DNA of 63,818 nucleotides, the filler included, from Rhabdomonas costata (Eukaryota), in NCBI GenBank assembly GCA_019059605.1. It is 46 parts of 46 records of this genome, joined end to end, with 100 filler letters (N's around TTAATTAATTAA, not from the genome) between each part and the next. Parts side by side here need not be neighbours in the genome. Positions count along the whole stretch, not along the records: positions 61,136 to 62,424 come from JAHMHO010020545.1; positions 62,525 to 63,818 come from JAHMHO010020546.1; 44 more parts are not named here. One strand, 5' to 3'. The notes under the pieces were generated by a model. The model had not been told where the DNA came from, ran no database searches, and saw only the letters and a list, made by a program, of their open reading frames with translations. A program made the translations under genes and the position numbers. Shown here one piece after another: positions 61,726 to 63,818 of this stretch; position 1 is the first letter of the stretch; every line of letters begins with the position of its first letter.

Positions 61726-62378
61726 ATGTCTGCGGCTCCCTCCTCGTCAAGGGCGAGTGATGGGGAAGCTCCGAGCAAGAAGCAGAGGGCCAACGATGTC
61801 CTCGGAAAGCCTGAGCCACCGATCGCAGTCTCCAACGGGCAGCCGATTCAGATGGAAAACGGGGTCTGTGTGAGGCACGGGACAGGCACTTTTACTTTGG
61901 TTCACTCGAAGATTGGATGTGCGCCTTAGTTAGCTTATTGCCGCTCTTCGTGTGGTTTCTGTAGAACGGGGTGAGACCTGGCTTTTGGCATCTTATCATT
62001 TCCCTCGGCACTGATGCACCTCTGTTCACTTCTGTCGTTCTGTGAGCTGTTCGCTTTTTCTCTTGCGTTCGAAGTCTTGTTCCCGTTCCTGGAAAGCTGC
62101 GGTGCTAGCCCCTAGCTTCTCCCACCTTTCTCCTCATCATGAGACATGTTTCTTTTGCGAAACCCAATGAAAAGTACTACTTGTACACACGTTTGACGGA
62201 AATTTGGAGCACACATTTGGAAATGCATTGTTTTGGTTCAGCCTGGGGCTTCACTTGTGCCGAACCTCAGGTGCTGCGCGTTCCCTTTGACCCGATCATT
62301 CCGTTCATTGAGGGTGACGGCACGGGGCCGGACATTTGGGCCGCTGCCCGCCGCGTGCTCGACGCTGCCGTTCAGAAG
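61726..62378 (+). CDS. icd: Bacterial-type NADP-dependent isocitrate dehydrogenase, 5' part; exons 61726-61863 and 62271-62378
   Basis: [45 protein letters not shown] aligns with the prokaryotic dimeric IDH start (G..I...NG.L.VP..PIIP+IEGDG.G.D+...V+DAAV.K). Confidence 0.92.
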
Positions 62379-62622
62379 GTGGGTCATGCTTCTTTCACTC
62401 TTCTCCCTCTTGTCCACAACACACNNNNNNNNNNNNNNNNNNNNNNNNNNNNNNNNNNNNNNNNNNNNTTAATTAATTAANNNNNNNNNNNNNNNNNNNN
62501 NNNNNNNNNNNNNNNNNNNNNNNNATGCGCGTTGCCGCCGTGGGACAGGTCTGCTCTGCCTGCTGAGGCAAGAATCCAGTCCTGGAGCTTGAGATCGCCA
62601 AACATCTCTTGCTGCGCTGCAT

Positions 62623-62623
<1 letters not shown>

Positions 62624-62656
<33 letters not shown>
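62624..62656. repeat. (GT)n microsatellite
   Basis: Direct reading. Confidence 0.95.
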
Positions 62657-62658
<2 letters not shown>

Positions 62659-63396
62659 GTGAAAGGAACTCTGAGGTGTGCAGCTGAATGATCTGTTGCC
62701 TTACTTAAAGACAGAGAGAGACAGAAAGAAAGAGAAGACCAGCCCTGAAATGTGATTCCGGAAGCCGCAAGCGTGATACCAGCAGAAGCCGACAGAGTAT
62801 GGAAAAAAGAGCACCACCAAACTGCGTGTATCCCTGCTTCAAGTCGGCAAGCATTTGAATGAGCTGCTCGACGGGGATAGGCTCCTGCAATAACCAGGAA
62901 AGAGACCATGGCATGTCCTTGTGCCCTTTTTTTCCAATCCGTCGAAAGTAAGTCGTGGGAGGCATTTCTTCCAGTCAGAGGTGGAGAAAATATCGTCTGA
63001 GCATACGGCAGAGCTACTAACGACAGACCATCATCAGGGTACCGCGACCGCGAGCAAACAATGAATGAATGAAAAACTGAACAACTGCAACTGCAACAAC
63101 AACTACAGGAGACAATATGAAAACAGGAGGAAAAGTTATGGCACTAGATATACGTGGTTGAGGGTAGGCAGTGCTGATGTTTGCCTCAGTCTCTCTGTGA
63201 AGACACTGCTTGCGAAAAAAAAGTCGCGTAAGATGGCAGCAGATGGCGTTTCGCCAGTTGCCCATTTGGAGTTTAAGCGGAAACCGTCTAGAGGGTGCTC
63301 GACGGCGGTAGAAGGGTCTAATGGCGTTTCGGCAGACACACAAAGAAATGGAGATGGGCACAACGAGCACATTTCCCCCACATGTGTAACGGCAAC

Positions 63397-63552
63397 CTGA
63401 AAGGTGAAGGTATGGCGCTGTGCTGACACGCGGGCGTGGTTGATAAGAATATTCGCGTCCGACGTGAGCCCCGCGACGGCCACAGCGATGTGGTCGTCGA
63501 TCAGAGCCATCTTCTCGCTGCTGATGTCGCTGTGTCTGTTGCTCTCTTGATC
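63397..63552 (-). CDS. PSMA4: 20S proteasome alpha-3 subunit exon
   Basis: SSEKMALIDDHIAVAVAGLTSDANILINHARVSAQRHTFTFQ; AG/GT bounded. Confidence 0.9.
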
Positions 63553-63818
63553 CTGAGCAGCAAGTGACAAAGGTAGCAGGTGCTTCCGCCGACCTTGGTC
63601 TGGTGGCTGGTGAACATGCACCTCACGGCTCCCAATAGTGCAATGAGTTCCATCGGACAAGCGCCCAGGCAGCGTGTGTTGGGCGCATTGCGCGCTGGCT
63701 GTTGCCTGGGTGACTGGGCCCAGGCAGCGTGTGTGTGTGTGTGTGTGCGTGTGTGCGAGCGACATCTTTTCTGCCATCTTTTCAGCACGCCTTTCTGCAA
63801 CATGACTAACAACAAAAA

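Overview
This window is not one locus. It is 46 unrelated contigs of about 1.29 kb joined by an artificial 100-nt spacer (44 N + TTAATTAATTAA + 44 N), so synteny across spacers means nothing. Most contigs are fragments of an intron-rich eukaryotic nuclear genome. A free-living euglenozoan (euglenid or diplonemid-like) is the best inference, from TTAGGG repeats, a euglenozoan-style adenylate cyclase exon, a kinetoplastid-like proteasome alpha-3 exon, pyrimidine-tract/AG sites just upstream of start codons, and de novo purine synthesis (purD). Fold-back inversions at many contig ends point to whole-genome-amplified (MDA) DNA. Recognisable spliced gene pieces include ARF, a SCY1-like pseudokinase, purD, ornithine decarboxylase (with a GC-AG intron), pirin, CRAL-TRIO, GH47 mannosidase, TFIIE-alpha, arylamine N-acetyltransferase, a fucosyltransferase, an APC permease, YjbQ, Mib-Herc2, DUF4139, bacterial-type NADP-IDH and PSMA4. 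Mobile DNA includes a Merlin/IS1595-like transposase, two CRE-type retroposon relics, a tRNA-derived SINE-like head and two dispersed repeats. The best leads are two non-genic contigs sharing a vocabulary of short GCGNAGC-type motifs (possibly organellar minichromosome DNA), a very AT-rich decayed coding contig (viral or organellar), a GH47 gene lacking its middle, and a bacterial-type IDH with introns and an NLS-like extension. No new biological system can be demonstrated from the sequence alone. All family calls are by-eye motif recognition, not database hits.
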